From assembly GCA_965228855.1 (NCBI GenBank), contig CBDDIJ010000005.1, positions 864,001 through 928,000 of the forward strand: DNA of 64,000 nt, written 5' to 3'. Shown here in pieces: positions 1-9,792 of this stretch. Numbering within the stretch: the first letter of the stretch is position 1; the number at the start of each line of letters is the position of its first letter. The DNA is from Candidatus Obscuribacterales bacterium. GTDB lineage: Bacteria > Cyanobacteriota > Vampirovibrionia > Obscuribacterales > Obscuribacteraceae. Below the pieces are notes generated by a model, which worked only from the letters and a program-made list of their open reading frames with translations, searched no databases and was not told the DNA's origin. A program made the position numbers and the translations under genes.

Positions 1-262
1 GCACTGCAGTGTGCGCCACGACCAAAACTTCATCATTTAAACCGATATCGCAGGCAGCCAGCGCCAATTGAATCGCATCGGTGCCGTTAGCACATCCCGA
101 AACGTGTCCGCTTCCGAGGTATTGCTCAAACTCTTTTTCGAACTTGCTCAGCTCAGGGCCCAGGATAAAGTAGCCGCTGTCCAGGACGCGCTGGACCGCT
201 TCATCAATCTCACCTTTGTAGGCGTGGTAGTGGGCTTTCAAGTTCCCGAACGGTACTTTCAT
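1..262 (-). CDS. DegT/DnrJ/EryC1/StrS family PLP-dependent sugar aminotransferase (5' part; runs off window start)
   Basis: Manual translation from ATG at 262 (GGAG upstream): MKVPFGNLKAHYHAYKGEIDEAVQRVLDSGYFILGPELSKFEKEF...CANGTDAIQLALAACDIGLNDEVLVVAHTAV, a typical DegT N-terminus. Not in the supplied ORF track. Confidence 0.9.
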   Translation of the reverse strand, partial: MKVPFGNLKAHYHAYKGEIDEAVQRVLDSGYFILGPELSKFEKEFEQYLGSGHVSGCANGTDAIQLALAACDIGLNDEVLVVAHTAV

Positions 263-497
263 TAAATGCTCCGTGTGCCGCTACTGAAAACAGAATGATA
301 GAAGAAAAGAGCCGCCGTGGAATTAATGACTACTCACCACAACCTTTACTAAGAGGCGCTTCATGGCGCTCATGGTTGAATCGTGCATCATTTTAACCTC
401 AGGCGCTCGGCAGGGAACCGCCATTTAACAGGTGTTTACCGAGCGCACGAAGGCAGCCGATTAATCAGATTTAAGACACTCAAGACCCGATTCAATT

Positions 498-745
498 TTT
501 AAAGGTATATCCGTCCTGGTCACAGGCGGGATGGGCTTCATCGGACCAGACCGAAAGGTATTTATGAGATATCTAACCTGACCGCCGAGAGAATCATTAA
601 GGTCTATAACGATGTTCACAAAGTTCGCTCGGTCCTGCTCCGCTTGAGCACCATTTATGGACCGCGTTCGCAGATGAAGCATTCGCGTTTCGGTGTTGCG
701 AACGGGTTCGTGCGCGTCCCACCACCACCCTCAAAGAAGGAATAG
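498..745 (+). pseudogene. Internally deleted NAD-dependent epimerase/dehydratase remnant
   Basis: One frame gives FKGISVLVTGGMGFIG (Rossmann GxxGxxG, 498-545). A second frame from 551 gives PKGIYEISNLTAERIIKVYNDVHKVRSVLLRLSTIYGPRSQMKHSRFGV, the catalytic-Tyr region and RxxxxYGP motif of extended SDRs. The intervening ~100+ codons are absent and there is no intact start or end. Confidence 0.75.
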
Positions 746-790
746 CCTGCGTAAGTATGCCTTGAATTAGTTTCCTTCAGACATCCTAGG

Positions 791-1050
791 GTCGGAGTCC
801 CTGTCAGGGACTTTTGCCAACGCGCCCACTTACCCGGACCAGTTACACACGTCCATGTAAGTGTTATTCAGGCCGACACTCGAAAACCTGCCGTACGAGG
901 TAGCGCAGACCTCTTAAGGTCAGAGTACCTGATAGGAACTTTGACCTTATGGCAAAAATAAGACACTGGCACTCCTCACGTGGACCGGACGAGCTGCCAG
1001 GATCACGCATTCTTTACCGTCGGCGTGCTAGAAGTGAGATAAGGTGTTTT
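791..1050 (+). ncRNA. Candidate structured RNA or 5' leader upstream of the gshB-like gene (family not recognised)
   Basis: Multiple nested stems: 796-802/806-812, 827-833/857-863, 836-839/851-854, 791-795/873-877, 915-930/934-949, 966-971/995-1000, 1004-1008/1023-1027, and 812-819/950-957 long range. Confidence 0.4.
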
Positions 1051-1086
1051 CATTTTTTTTGTGATGAATAGAAGGTATGGTGTCCT

Positions 1087-2130
1087 TTGAATTTACTGTT
1101 TTTTGTCACGGACCTCGCCAAAGAAAAGGCGAACTATACGACGTATCGTCTTGCGGTTACGGCCTTGAGCCGCGGGCACAACGTCTATCACATGAGCGCG
1201 AATGAGTTTACGGTCAGGAACGACAACACCGTGATCATTTCAGCCAAGCGCGCGCCGAAACGCAACTACAAAGATGCGATCCCATACTTCGAGGATTTAA
1301 CTGAAAGCCCGAAAGTCGAACACTTAAAACTGTCGGAGATCGATGTTTTGATGTTGCGCTCCGATCCTTCACTCGCGCAAGGCGAGATGTCCTGGGCTCA
1401 AACAGCTGGAATTCAGCTCGGACGAATGGCGCGCAAAGATGGGGTTGTGGTGCTCAACGATCCGGAAGGGTTGAACATGGCGCTCACAAAAATGTATCTG
1501 CAGTTGTTTCCCGAGGCAGTAAGACCACGGACAGTGATCACGCAAAACGTTGAAGACATAAAGGTTTTCGCAAAAAGCCTGGACGCCAACATGATACTAA
1601 AGCCGGTGCAAGGTTCGGCAGGCAAAGGCGTGTTTCTTGTTCCGCAAAATGACTTCAGCAACCTAAATCAGATCGTACAGGCGCTATCTAAGGACGGATA
1701 TATCATCGCGCAGGAATATTTGAAGGAAGCCGAAAAAGGTGATACCAGGCTGTTCTTGATGAATGGTGAGCCCCTAAAATACAAAGGTAAATATGCGGCA
1801 TTTCGTAGGCTGCGGAAAAGCGATGATGTGCGCAGCAATGTTCATGTCGGCGGCACTATCGCCAAAGCGGAAGTCACCGATGAAATGTTGGAAATCGCAG
1901 ACGCGCTTCGTCCGCGGCTGGTCATGGACGGAATGTTCCTCGTTGGTTTAGATTTGATTGGCAACAAAGTGATAGAGATAAACGTTTTCTGTCCCGGCGG
2001 TCTGCGCAATGCTCAGAAATTAGAGGGAGTCGACTTTACAAAAGCAGTTGTGGACGCAATTGAACGCAAAGTCAAGGCAACGTCTTATTACAAAAGTTCC
2101 TGGCACAAAATTCAGCCAGCGACGCTCTAA
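1087..2130 (+). CDS. gshB: Glutathione synthetase-like ATP-grasp ligase
   Basis: Motifs DVLMLRSDP, VLNDPEGL..K, ILKPVQGSAGKGVF, IAQEYL, GDTRLFLMNGE, RSNVHVGG, GLDLIGNKVIEINVFCPGG match the GshB/RimK ATP-grasp layout. TTG start. Confidence 0.8.
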   Translation: MNLLFFVTDLAKEKANYTTYRLAVTALSRGHNVYHMSANEFTVRNDNTVIISAKRAPKRNYKDAIPYFEDLTESPKVEHLKLSEIDVLMLRSDPSLAQGEMSWAQTAGIQLGRMARKDGVVVLNDPEGLNMALTKMYLQLFPEAVRPRTVITQNVEDIKVFAKSLDANMILKPVQGSAGKGVFLVPQNDFSNLNQIVQALSKDGYIIAQEYLKEAEKGDTRLFLMNGEPLKYKGKYAAFRRLRKSDDVRSNVHVGGTIAKAEVTDEMLEIADALRPRLVMDGMFLVGLDLIGNKVIEINVFCPGGLRNAQKLEGVDFTKAVVDAIERKVKATSYYKSSWHKIQPATL

Positions 2131-2133
2131 ACA

Positions 2134-2892
2134 CTACTTGCGTTGATAAACGACGCGGTCGACGCCTTCGCTATGAAGCTGTATCTGCGAGCATCCTTTG
2201 TCGTCATAAGAAGCGGCATATTCTAAAACAATTACGTCCGGTTTCGCCGGCACCACCTTCGGTGTTGGCATAGGTCCGGTGTGTAAACCCATATCGACCC
2301 GCCGCTGATTTATATGCTCAAGGTCGAGACGCAGCTTGTTCGCACGTTCCCTCTCGGCTTCCGGTGTAATGAAGTTGCGTTCGCGCGTTATGCGAACGAC
2401 CCTGCCCGCAGTGTCATACTCATATTCCTCTGAATCGACTTCGTGACCACTAAGCAAGATATGAGAGATGATCCTTCCATCCTCGCGAATGCACTCGGAA
2501 ACCTGAATATAGTGAATGCTGTTCATGTCGTAAGAACAATAGTGGACGCCTTCTGCACGTCCCTCTTCGTACTTCCAGAGACTCAAATCGGAGTCGTTCT
2601 CATTTTCCTGTCTCGCAACCAGCACACGACCATCCTTGTCGAGACCGTAGTGCCATTTGTAAGCCTTCTCGAGCGGGGTGAGAGTCAAAACCCCTGCTAG
2701 CTCCGGCGCGGTGCTCTCCCGCTGCACCCACAACGGTCGCAAATCAAGAACGCGATCGTTAGCCCAGACCCATCGGTCGACGTTTGGTTCGTACTCCGGT
2801 AGAAGCGTTTCTACGAAAAAATCGTAAAGCGGCCGGTTGCCGCGCTGCATCTGATAGTCGTGTAAGCGTTCTCTAAGTTCTTCGGTACTCAT
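2134..2892 (-). CDS. Hypothetical protein
   Basis: 252-aa ORF fitting between its neighbours; contains YD-like hairpins (YEYDTAGRVVRI, YGLDKDGRV). Confidence 0.65.
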   Translation of the reverse strand: MSTEELRERLHDYQMQRGNRPLYDFFVETLLPEYEPNVDRWVWANDRVLDLRPLWVQRESTAPELAGVLTLTPLEKAYKWHYGLDKDGRVLVARQENENDSDLSLWKYEEGRAEGVHYCSYDMNSIHYIQVSECIREDGRIISHILLSGHEVDSEEYEYDTAGRVVRITRERNFITPEAERERANKLRLDLEHINQRRVDMGLHTGPMPTPKVVPAKPDVIVLEYAASYDDKGCSQIQLHSEGVDRVVYQRK

Positions 2893-2952
2893 TTTGATTG
2901 CTTTCTGGAGTGAAGCGGTGGTGAAGGACGGCGTTGGTTCGACAATGATATC

Positions 2953-4359
2953 TCAGCTGAAACTGGTATCATCCGCGGTGAATTTACCTTCGCGGTTCGA
3001 GCGGAACATCTCCGCGAAATTCCGCACAGAGTTTTTCATTTCGTTGTAGTTATCACTTTTTGACGAGCACTCGCGCCTCGGGTCAGTAACCTGGTCGTAG
3101 CCGGCCTGCTTCAGCAGGGCGTGGATACACCAGGTTCCATAATCCTCTACCGAGTCAGCAAACCGCAGCTCCTCATCGGTCATTCCAGCAACGAGCATAA
3201 TGCTGAACAAACCGGAAGGCAGCTCATACAAACTATCGGGAGCCTCATCCGGGTACCATACGAAGGCATTGCGCAATTCAGATTCAGAAGCAGGGTCTAT
3301 AGGACTGTTGAGACGCAGGCGTACTCCCTGACTGATTGTCGTGGAGTAATTGAATGTGTAGAAGGCGAGCGTTCGCAAAAACTGCGCAGCCCACGGAGAA
3401 TCAGTCGGCGTCTTGATCATCAACTCAAAGCCAAATCCGGAGACCTGCAGAGGCTCCGTCTGACCCCACGGAGTTGCTAATCCGGCCGTCACGTACTTCC
3501 AGTACGGCGCCTGCGGATCAGGACCGTAAGCCAGCACAGCCAGATGCTGCTCCTCACTGATCGTATCGCCGGGTGTCGCGACATCCACATCTGTCACGGC
3601 GTCTTTCTTGCCGAAATTTGCCGGCACTTCAGATGACGGCTCTCGATAGCTCGATGGCGTCACATATGCAGGCTTGCCGAATAACTGTTTGTAAACATTG
3701 TCACGTGCTCGCCACGCTGACGCGACGAGCTGGCGGCGCGCTGCTTCGAGCTCAACATCATTGTTGGCTTCTTCGATCAGCTGCATGATACTCTTCCGCT
3801 GGCGCACCGGCGGTGGAGCACTTCCTTTTGACGAACTTTCAGAATCTTCGGAAGTCGTCGCTCCATGCGCATCGTCAGCGCGTGGTGTGAGCTCTGTTCC
3901 TTGGTCGGCGTCGTCACTATCAGTAGCAGCGCCATTGGTATCGGTGGCAGCGCCACGATTGGCGTCACCTCCATCGAGAGCAGCAGCTCTGCTTGCCTCA
4001 GCAAGCTCCTCTTCGCTTAACTCGCGAGTTGCCGGAAACGGGTCTGCCATATCAACTTTCTTGTGAACCACCGGCAAGTTAAGTTTGGCATCTGCGGCGT
4101 CTTGCTCCGCCTTCCGCGCAGCTTTTCGAGCGAGCCACTCGCGGTTGACTCTTTCAAGTTCGAGTTCTTCTTCCGACAGCTCGCTCGGCGGTGCAGGTGC
4201 CTGATAGCCACTTGCTGGGCGCCGATCTTCGTAAATGGTTTCCCCTGGAATAACAATACCGGGAGGCGGTTGTTGAGAAGCAGGCAGGAAGCCGGACCCG
4301 GCGCCAGACCCGTTGCCCTTCTTATCATCACCTCTTTTAAACTGTCGCTTTTTGCCCAT
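2953..4359 (-). CDS. Suppressor-of-fused (SUFU) domain protein with long acidic/disordered N-terminus
   Basis: C-terminal WKYVTAGL...SGFGFELMIKT...WAAQFLRTLAFY...LVAGMTDEEL...VTDPRRE is typical of bacterial SUFU domains. ATG at 4359 preferred. Confidence 0.8.
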   Translation of the reverse strand: MGKKRQFKRGDDKKGNGSGAGSGFLPASQQPPPGIVIPGETIYEDRRPASGYQAPAPPSELSEEELELERVNREWLARKAARKAEQDAADAKLNLPVVHKKVDMADPFPATRELSEEELAEASRAAALDGGDANRGAATDTNGAATDSDDADQGTELTPRADDAHGATTSEDSESSSKGSAPPPVRQRKSIMQLIEEANNDVELEAARRQLVASAWRARDNVYKQLFGKPAYVTPSSYREPSSEVPANFGKKDAVTDVDVATPGDTISEEQHLAVLAYGPDPQAPYWKYVTAGLATPWGQTEPLQVSGFGFELMIKTPTDSPWAAQFLRTLAFYTFNYSTTISQGVRLRLNSPIDPASESELRNAFVWYPDEAPDSLYELPSGLFSIMLVAGMTDEELRFADSVEDYGTWCIHALLKQAGYDQVTDPRRECSSKSDNYNEMKNSVRNFAEMFRSNREGKFTADDTSFS

Positions 4360-4483
4360 CTGTGGGACTCTCCGAAAGCTGCCGCCAACAAGCAAACCTC
4401 GTTTTGCTATCCAAATATTACACGAGTTTCTCCACGTTCACCCATATCACGTATGATTAACCGAGGGATTCCTCTGGAGCAGC

Positions 4484-6295
4484 ATGTCTCGAACAATCTC
4501 ATGGATACTGGCAGCCATCGCGATTTTTTGTTGCGTCTGCCTTGGTGTGAGCGAAATCGAGAAAATGGTTATCGGTCCGGGTGCTGAAGATTCCGCAGAA
4601 GCACCTGTTGATGTGGAAATCGACGCAGCTTTGAAACAGCCGGACGGCGCGACCGACAAGCTGGAGCTGGACAATCCATTTGCAGAAGATGCCGCAGATA
4701 TCGAACTTCAACGCCGCTATCTAATTGAAAACCTTTCTCACAAGTGGAACATCCCGCTCAGCGGAATCGCGGTGGGCAGCGCTGTAGGCGGGTCCGAAGC
4801 CCATCTTCGCATAGACTGCGATCCGGCAAAAAAGCGCAGCTTCGATAAAGTAATCGACGATTTGCAATATCCATTTCGAATTCTCGATATTAAGGACATC
4901 ACGCTCATCGCACCCGATCACAAAGTGCTGGAGGTTAACACCGTAGCCTCAGACACATTAGGGTACGCAATGAGCCGCGACCTCGTGATGTTCGAAGCGA
5001 CGAAACCATGGGCGCCCTGGCTCGCAAATGGTATCGCTAACAGTGCCATCACCCATTTGAATAAATGCATTCTCAATAGCCCACTTGATCCGGCACTTGT
5101 CGCCTACAGATTGGTTTTCCATAAGGAACTCGGGCAAGATACAACCTCAGACTTCACGTTTCTCAAACAGCTGGCTAATTCGATCGAGGAAACAGCTCCG
5201 GGTTCAGCAGATTTGGCAAAACATTTAGTCAAACTCTCAAGCTGCACCACATCCGGTACCGCACGGTCATCCAAGCCGAGTTCTGACGAGATGGCGCAAT
5301 ACATACGCGAGCACTTCAATCCGGACGTTTTACAGACCTATCTAATCAAAGATGTTTACGAGTGGTCTCAAGAACCCGAGAAAGCAAAGGCGGCTCTGAA
5401 AGAACAGCCCTACCAACGCGAACGCATCAATCAATCACTTTTTCTGGACGGCGTGACATTCACCTTGACCGCGATTTTGTTCGCCTCATTGTTTTTTGCA
5501 TTCGACAAAAAACTGTTTAAGTTACCGGCTCTGGAAACGCCCATCGCATGCCCGTTTCCTTACGGCTGGGTAAAACCGTTTCTAATCGTAATGTTCACCG
5601 CTATCATCACGACGCTTGGTTTCTTTTGCGCCATGGCAATAGCGCCAGAGCAGCTGAAAGAGGGTAGCCTGATGCTGACCTCTTATTTCAGACCAATAAA
5701 AAGCGCGTCCCTGGTCTGTTTTGAGGAAATGAACCTAACAGTCCCGGCTATCTTCGCCGCAATAGTTCTCGTCGGTCGCAACATGAAGGTTGTCGATTTC
5801 TTGAAGTTGCACTTTCAAACCGATAGATATTCAAAGAAGGACATGCTGAAAATCGGCTTGCAGTGCTTCATCGTAACGTTCTCAACTGCGATGATAGCGA
5901 CACTTCTAACTTACTGGTTCCACTTCCCCTGGGAAAAACCAGGAGGCGCATCAACTCAATTGCTTACCGCCTCCGGATCGATTCCGGCGATTTTCACGCT
6001 GTTTCTCGGATACGCAGTAATCGCGCCGATATTCGAAGAAATGGCTTTTCGCGGAGTACTTCATCCATTTCTTCGCAGAAGACTACTTCTATTTCCATCA
6101 CTAATTATTGGAGCGACAATCTTCGCAGTAGCTCACCTCGAGTTTACTCCCTGGTGGCTTGCAGATAAGCTCGTTTTCGCCGCCGTTAACGCATATGCGC
6201 TAGAGAAAACCAATAGTATCGTTCCTGGTGTCATCAACCACATTCTGACAAACAGCTTCGTCTTGATTTTTATGCTCGCATCAATGAATTGGTGA
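4484..6295 (+). CDS. CPBP (Abi/CAAX) family intramembrane metalloprotease with large N-terminal extracytoplasmic domain
   Basis: EEMAFRG, FAVAH and HILTN motifs; multiple TM helices; N-terminal hydrophobic anchor. Confidence 0.85.
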   Translation: MSRTISWILAAIAIFCCVCLGVSEIEKMVIGPGAEDSAEAPVDVEIDAALKQPDGATDKLELDNPFAEDAADIELQRRYLIENLSHKWNIPLSGIAVGSAVGGSEAHLRIDCDPAKKRSFDKVIDDLQYPFRILDIKDITLIAPDHKVLEVNTVASDTLGYAMSRDLVMFEATKPWAPWLANGIANSAITHLNKCILNSPLDPALVAYRLVFHKELGQDTTSDFTFLKQLANSIEETAPGSADLAKHLVKLSSCTTSGTARSSKPSSDEMAQYIREHFNPDVLQTYLIKDVYEWSQEPEKAKAALKEQPYQRERINQSLFLDGVTFTLTAILFASLFFAFDKKLFKLPALETPIACPFPYGWVKPFLIVMFTAIITTLGFFCAMAIAPEQLKEGSLMLTSYFRPIKSASLVCFEEMNLTVPAIFAAIVLVGRNMKVVDFLKLHFQTDRYSKKDMLKIGLQCFIVTFSTAMIATLLTYWFHFPWEKPGGASTQLLTASGSIPAIFTLFLGYAVIAPIFEEMAFRGVLHPFLRRRLLLFPSLIIGATIFAVAHLEFTPWWLADKLVFAAVNAYALEKTNSIVPGVINHILTNSFVLIFMLASMNW

Positions 6296-6353
6296 GCGAA
6301 GAAACCCTGACAAACTACTTCGTCTTGGTTCTATACTCGCATCAATGACTTGG
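6245..6353 (+). repeat. Imperfect direct duplication (~48 bp, period 62) of the 3' end of the CPBP gene
   Basis: ctgacaaacagcttcgtcttgatttttatgctcgcatcaatgaattgg versus ctgacaaactacttcgtcttggttctatactcgcatcaatgacttgg. Confidence 0.85.
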
Positions 6354-6370
6354 AAAGGCGGATGATACAA

Positions 6371-8095
6371 CTACTTCTTCTGTTGCTGCTTAGCCCAGGA
6401 GTCCTTTAGAGTTACGATTCGGTTGAAGACAAGCGAGCCGGGCTTGCTGTCCTGGTCGGCGACGAAGTACCCTTGCCGCTCGAACTGAAACCGGTCCATT
6501 GGTTTAGCCTCACTCAAACTTCGCTCCAGCTTGCAACCTTTCAAAACTTGCAAAGCATCTGGGTTTATAGCGTTCAGAAACTCGCTATCTTTTCCAGTCG
6601 GCGGCGCTTCATCTTTGAGCAAACGTTCGTACAAACGCACCTCGGCATCTACCGCATGGCGAGCGCTTACCCAGTGGATCGTTCCTTTTACTTTTCGGCC
6701 TTCCGGATTTTTTCCGAGAGTTTCAGGATCATATGTGCAGCGCAATTCAGTTACGTTTCCGTTTTCATCTTTGACTACATCAGTGCACGTAACACAGTAA
6801 GAATGCCGCAAACGCACTTCACGCCCCGGAGCTAAACGATAAAAATCTTTCGGAGGCTCAAGCATGAAATCGTCTTGTTCAATATAGATTTCTTTGCTGA
6901 ACGGCAACTTACGAGTCCCCTCTTTCGGCACGTCGTGCGGCCAGAGTGACGCATCGTATTCGTCGACCTTATCATCGGGGAAGTTTTCAATTACAACTTT
7001 TAGCGGCTTCAACACAGCGAGAACGCGCGGCGCCTTTTGGTTCAAATCGTCACGGATGCAGAACTCCAGCTGCGCCATGTCGACAGTGCTGTTTGCTTTT
7101 GCAACACCAACACTCGCACAAAATGCACGAATGGCTTCAGGCGTGATACCACGACGGCGCATGCCGGCAATGGTCGGAAGGCGAGGGTCATCCCAACCGG
7201 AAACATGCTTGCCTTCGACGAGTTCGAGCAGTCGACGTTTGCTCATCACCGTGTAATTCAAGTTCAACCGAGCGAACTCATACTGACGCGGACGGCTCGG
7301 AAATTTCGCATAATCGATCAGATTATCGATAACCCAGTCGTACAATTCGCGATTGTTCTCAAACTCCAGAGTGCAGATGCTGTGCGTGATTCCTTCGATA
7401 GCATCAGAAATAGGATGCGCATAATCGTACATCGGATAAATGCACCACTTATCGCCAGTCATGTGGTGGGGCGTGTGGCGAATGCGATAGAGCATCGGAT
7501 CGCGCATCTTCATATTAGGATTCGCCATATCGATTTTGGCGCGCAAAACGTGCTCACCATCCTTGAATTCACCCTTGCGCATACGACGGAACAGATCGAG
7601 ATTCTCCTCGACTGTGCGATCGCGGTAAATGCTGTTTTTACCAGGCTCTTTCACAGTGCCGCGCGTCGCCTTGGATTCGGCGTCCGATTGACTGCAAACA
7701 TAGGCTTTTCCAGCGGTAATCAAATGCTCGCCATACTCGTACATCTTCTCGAAGTAATCGCTGGCATGATAGAAACCATCCCAGTTGAAGCCGAGCCAGC
7801 GAACATCTTCCTGAATGCCTTCTTCGAAAAGCGTGTCTTCCTTGACGGGGTCGGTATCGTCAAAACGCAGATGACATCTGGCGTTTTCCTCACCCTGTTT
7901 CTGTTTGTATTCAAGAGCCAAACCAAAATTCAAGCAAATCGACTTAGCGTGTCCGATGTGCAAGAAGCCGTTGGGCTCTGGAGGGAAGCGTGTCAGAATT
8001 TTGTCGTGACGACCAGCCTGGATGTCCGCATCGATGATATCGCGGATAAAGTCGCTTGCCTTAGTGGGCGCTGGTGCGGGTGCGGACGAACTCAT
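6371..8095 (-). CDS. glnS: Glutamine--tRNA ligase
   Basis: [73 protein letters not shown]. Confidence 0.97.
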   Translation of the reverse strand: MSSSAPAPAPTKASDFIRDIIDADIQAGRHDKILTRFPPEPNGFLHIGHAKSICLNFGLALEYKQKQGEENARCHLRFDDTDPVKEDTLFEEGIQEDVRWLGFNWDGFYHASDYFEKMYEYGEHLITAGKAYVCSQSDAESKATRGTVKEPGKNSIYRDRTVEENLDLFRRMRKGEFKDGEHVLRAKIDMANPNMKMRDPMLYRIRHTPHHMTGDKWCIYPMYDYAHPISDAIEGITHSICTLEFENNRELYDWVIDNLIDYAKFPSRPRQYEFARLNLNYTVMSKRRLLELVEGKHVSGWDDPRLPTIAGMRRRGITPEAIRAFCASVGVAKANSTVDMAQLEFCIRDDLNQKAPRVLAVLKPLKVVIENFPDDKVDEYDASLWPHDVPKEGTRKLPFSKEIYIEQDDFMLEPPKDFYRLAPGREVRLRHSYCVTCTDVVKDENGNVTELRCTYDPETLGKNPEGRKVKGTIHWVSARHAVDAEVRLYERLLKDEAPPTGKDSEFLNAINPDALQVLKGCKLERSLSEAKPMDRFQFERQGYFVADQDSKPGSLVFNRIVTLKDSWAKQQQKK

Positions 8096-8323
8096 GTGAG
8101 ACTCCTCTGAACACTGTCTTATGAATCTGTAATTTTACTAAATGTAGGCTGGTTTGCGAGCGATTGCGACCGAGCGTAAAGTATTCAAGGGACAGCAAAT
8201 CCAAGCCTGGATGCTTCCAAAAACTGCGCGGGAGAACGAAGGAGAACGAAGAACCACGCGCAGAAGCGAAGCGCATCAGCAACGAGTTGGTGCGCCAAAG
8301 CGAGCCGCGTAATCAACGACCAG

Positions 8324-8833
8324 TTAGGACTCATCCTCGCCATCGTCGCCGTCATCGGGACGCGACATGAATTTCAGCGAAACGACTTTGTTTTCAAACG
8401 AAACCTGAACAGTCTCTACGCCTTCATCTTCGCCGTCATCGGAGTCTTCGACTCCCCCATCTATTACTTGGAACGGATATTCTATCCTTTCAACGGGTCT
8501 TCGGCGTTGGGGAAAGCGCTCTTCGAGAAGGATGTGATTGTCGAGCGTGCCTACATAAATTGCTAGCACCTCATCATCAGCTTTCAGCGCGCCGAATGAC
8601 GGTAGAAACGCTTGATAATCACCTTTAACGATATTCACAAGGAAGCCGCCCGGCTCAGGTTTTATAACCCGACACACCAGCTGCATTCCAGGTACGAAAC
8701 CATGCGTGGGTGTTCGCGGAATCTCTGTGGGCTCATGCTTGCGCCCCCTGTACGATCGATTGTCAGGCGAGCCCTGCTCGCGGCGCCGAAACTCAACTAG
8801 GTTTTCAACGCCCTGTACGCCGTCGTCGTCCAC
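8324..8833 (-). CDS. Small S1/OB-fold-like protein with acidic tail (paralog 4)
   Basis: GFVPGMQLVCRVIKPEPGGFLVNI..YQAFLPS..DEVLAIYV..ILLEERF aligns with the three upstream paralogs and an S1-like pattern. GTG start with GGAG RBS. Confidence 0.7.
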   Translation of the reverse strand: MDDDGVQGVENLVEFRRREQGSPDNRSYRGRKHEPTEIPRTPTHGFVPGMQLVCRVIKPEPGGFLVNIVKGDYQAFLPSFGALKADDEVLAIYVGTLDNHILLEERFPQRRRPVERIEYPFQVIDGGVEDSDDGEDEGVETVQVSFENKVVSLKFMSRPDDGDDGEDES

Positions 8834-8996
8834 TTACTACTCCCCGTCACTGGACTCAGTGACTACTGATTGTAGATGCTTTTTGCGAATTCAGGCGTCA
8901 AAATTACCTTCTGTGAACAGCTCAAATAACGGAAGAGCGTTCATCGCGAATCCAGTGAAGCGACCAAAAACGAAATCACCAACCCTGTGAAATCTT

Positions 8997-9695
8997 TCAG
9001 ATCTGAGAACGGTGACGTCCCTGGTATTGATCGGTCAAAACCTTCGGTCGCGGCAATCGAAAATTTGCGACTGACCAATTTGCTTGTTTCAAAACTTCAG
9101 CTTTGGTCGGATCTGGATGTTTTCGAAGAAACTCACTCCACGAATTCTCTAGCTTCGAGAGAATCGAGAATGCACGTTTCTTACGGGTTCCCAATGAGAT
9201 GATGTTGTCGGCCGACTCCAAAATGTCGGCTCCTAGGAGTGACTTGAAGACTTGTTTTCTAGGTATCAAGTGCAGCAAATATGAGCCCTTTCCGGTCTCT
9301 TTTTGAATCTGAGATATCGGTTCTCTTGATCTAACTTTTTGGGCGTTTACAACTAACACAATGCATTGATTAGTCCACGACCCACCATCTTTGGAATGCA
9401 CTAGGGGTGACGCTTCAAAGACAGCCTCCAAACAGGCGAAATCAACATTGGAATCACCACACGACCTTGCAAGCGTGGGGGATTTTATCTCCCCGGTTTC
9501 ATCGATCTTAAATTCGATCCATGCCTCCTGCTTTTCCGGAAAGCTAGACACCGAGGTCAATTCACCGACACGCTGGCTTACATAGTCGTAGAAGCGTTTC
9601 ACTTCGGGCCTTGTATATTGACTTGCAGACGCAGCGAGAGTTAGCGAACAAACAACTATAGTGGCGTTTGCAAAAACCCAGGAAGCTCTTTTCAT
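8997..9695 (-). CDS. Secreted TonB C-terminal-like domain protein
   Basis: Signal peptide; IEFKIDETGEIKSPTLARSCGDSNVDFACLEAV; paralog of 18565-19230. Confidence 0.7.
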   Translation of the reverse strand: MKRASWVFANATIVVCSLTLAASASQYTRPEVKRFYDYVSQRVGELTSVSSFPEKQEAWIEFKIDETGEIKSPTLARSCGDSNVDFACLEAVFEASPLVHSKDGGSWTNQCIVLVVNAQKVRSREPISQIQKETGKGSYLLHLIPRKQVFKSLLGADILESADNIISLGTRKKRAFSILSKLENSWSEFLRKHPDPTKAEVLKQANWSVANFRLPRPKVLTDQYQGRHRSQI

Positions 9696-9792
9696 AAATA
9701 ACCGCTATTTGAGAATGTGATTGAATTCGAAAGAGTTTCATACCACCAAAGGCCAGCTCTGAACCTTTGGTTTCCGGGAACGCGTCGGCCAA

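Noticed and set aside
461..682. 73-aa minus-strand ORF
   Set aside because: Shadow of the + strand epimerase remnant.
6245..6353. DGR template/variable repeat pair
   Set aside because: Differences are not confined to adenines, include an indel, and no reverse transcriptase is present.
7037..8110. 357-aa + strand ORF, and similar long antisense ORFs at 40866-41582, 42012-42932 and 43698-44453
   Set aside because: Antisense shadows of glnS, tyrS, the low-complexity gene and leuS; no recognisable motifs.
8190..8320. T-box-like leader upstream of glnS
   Set aside because: Hairpins are present (ctgcgcg/cgcgcag, gcgcatcagc/gttggtgcgc) but no T-box UGGNACC consensus; more likely terminators of the upstream gene.
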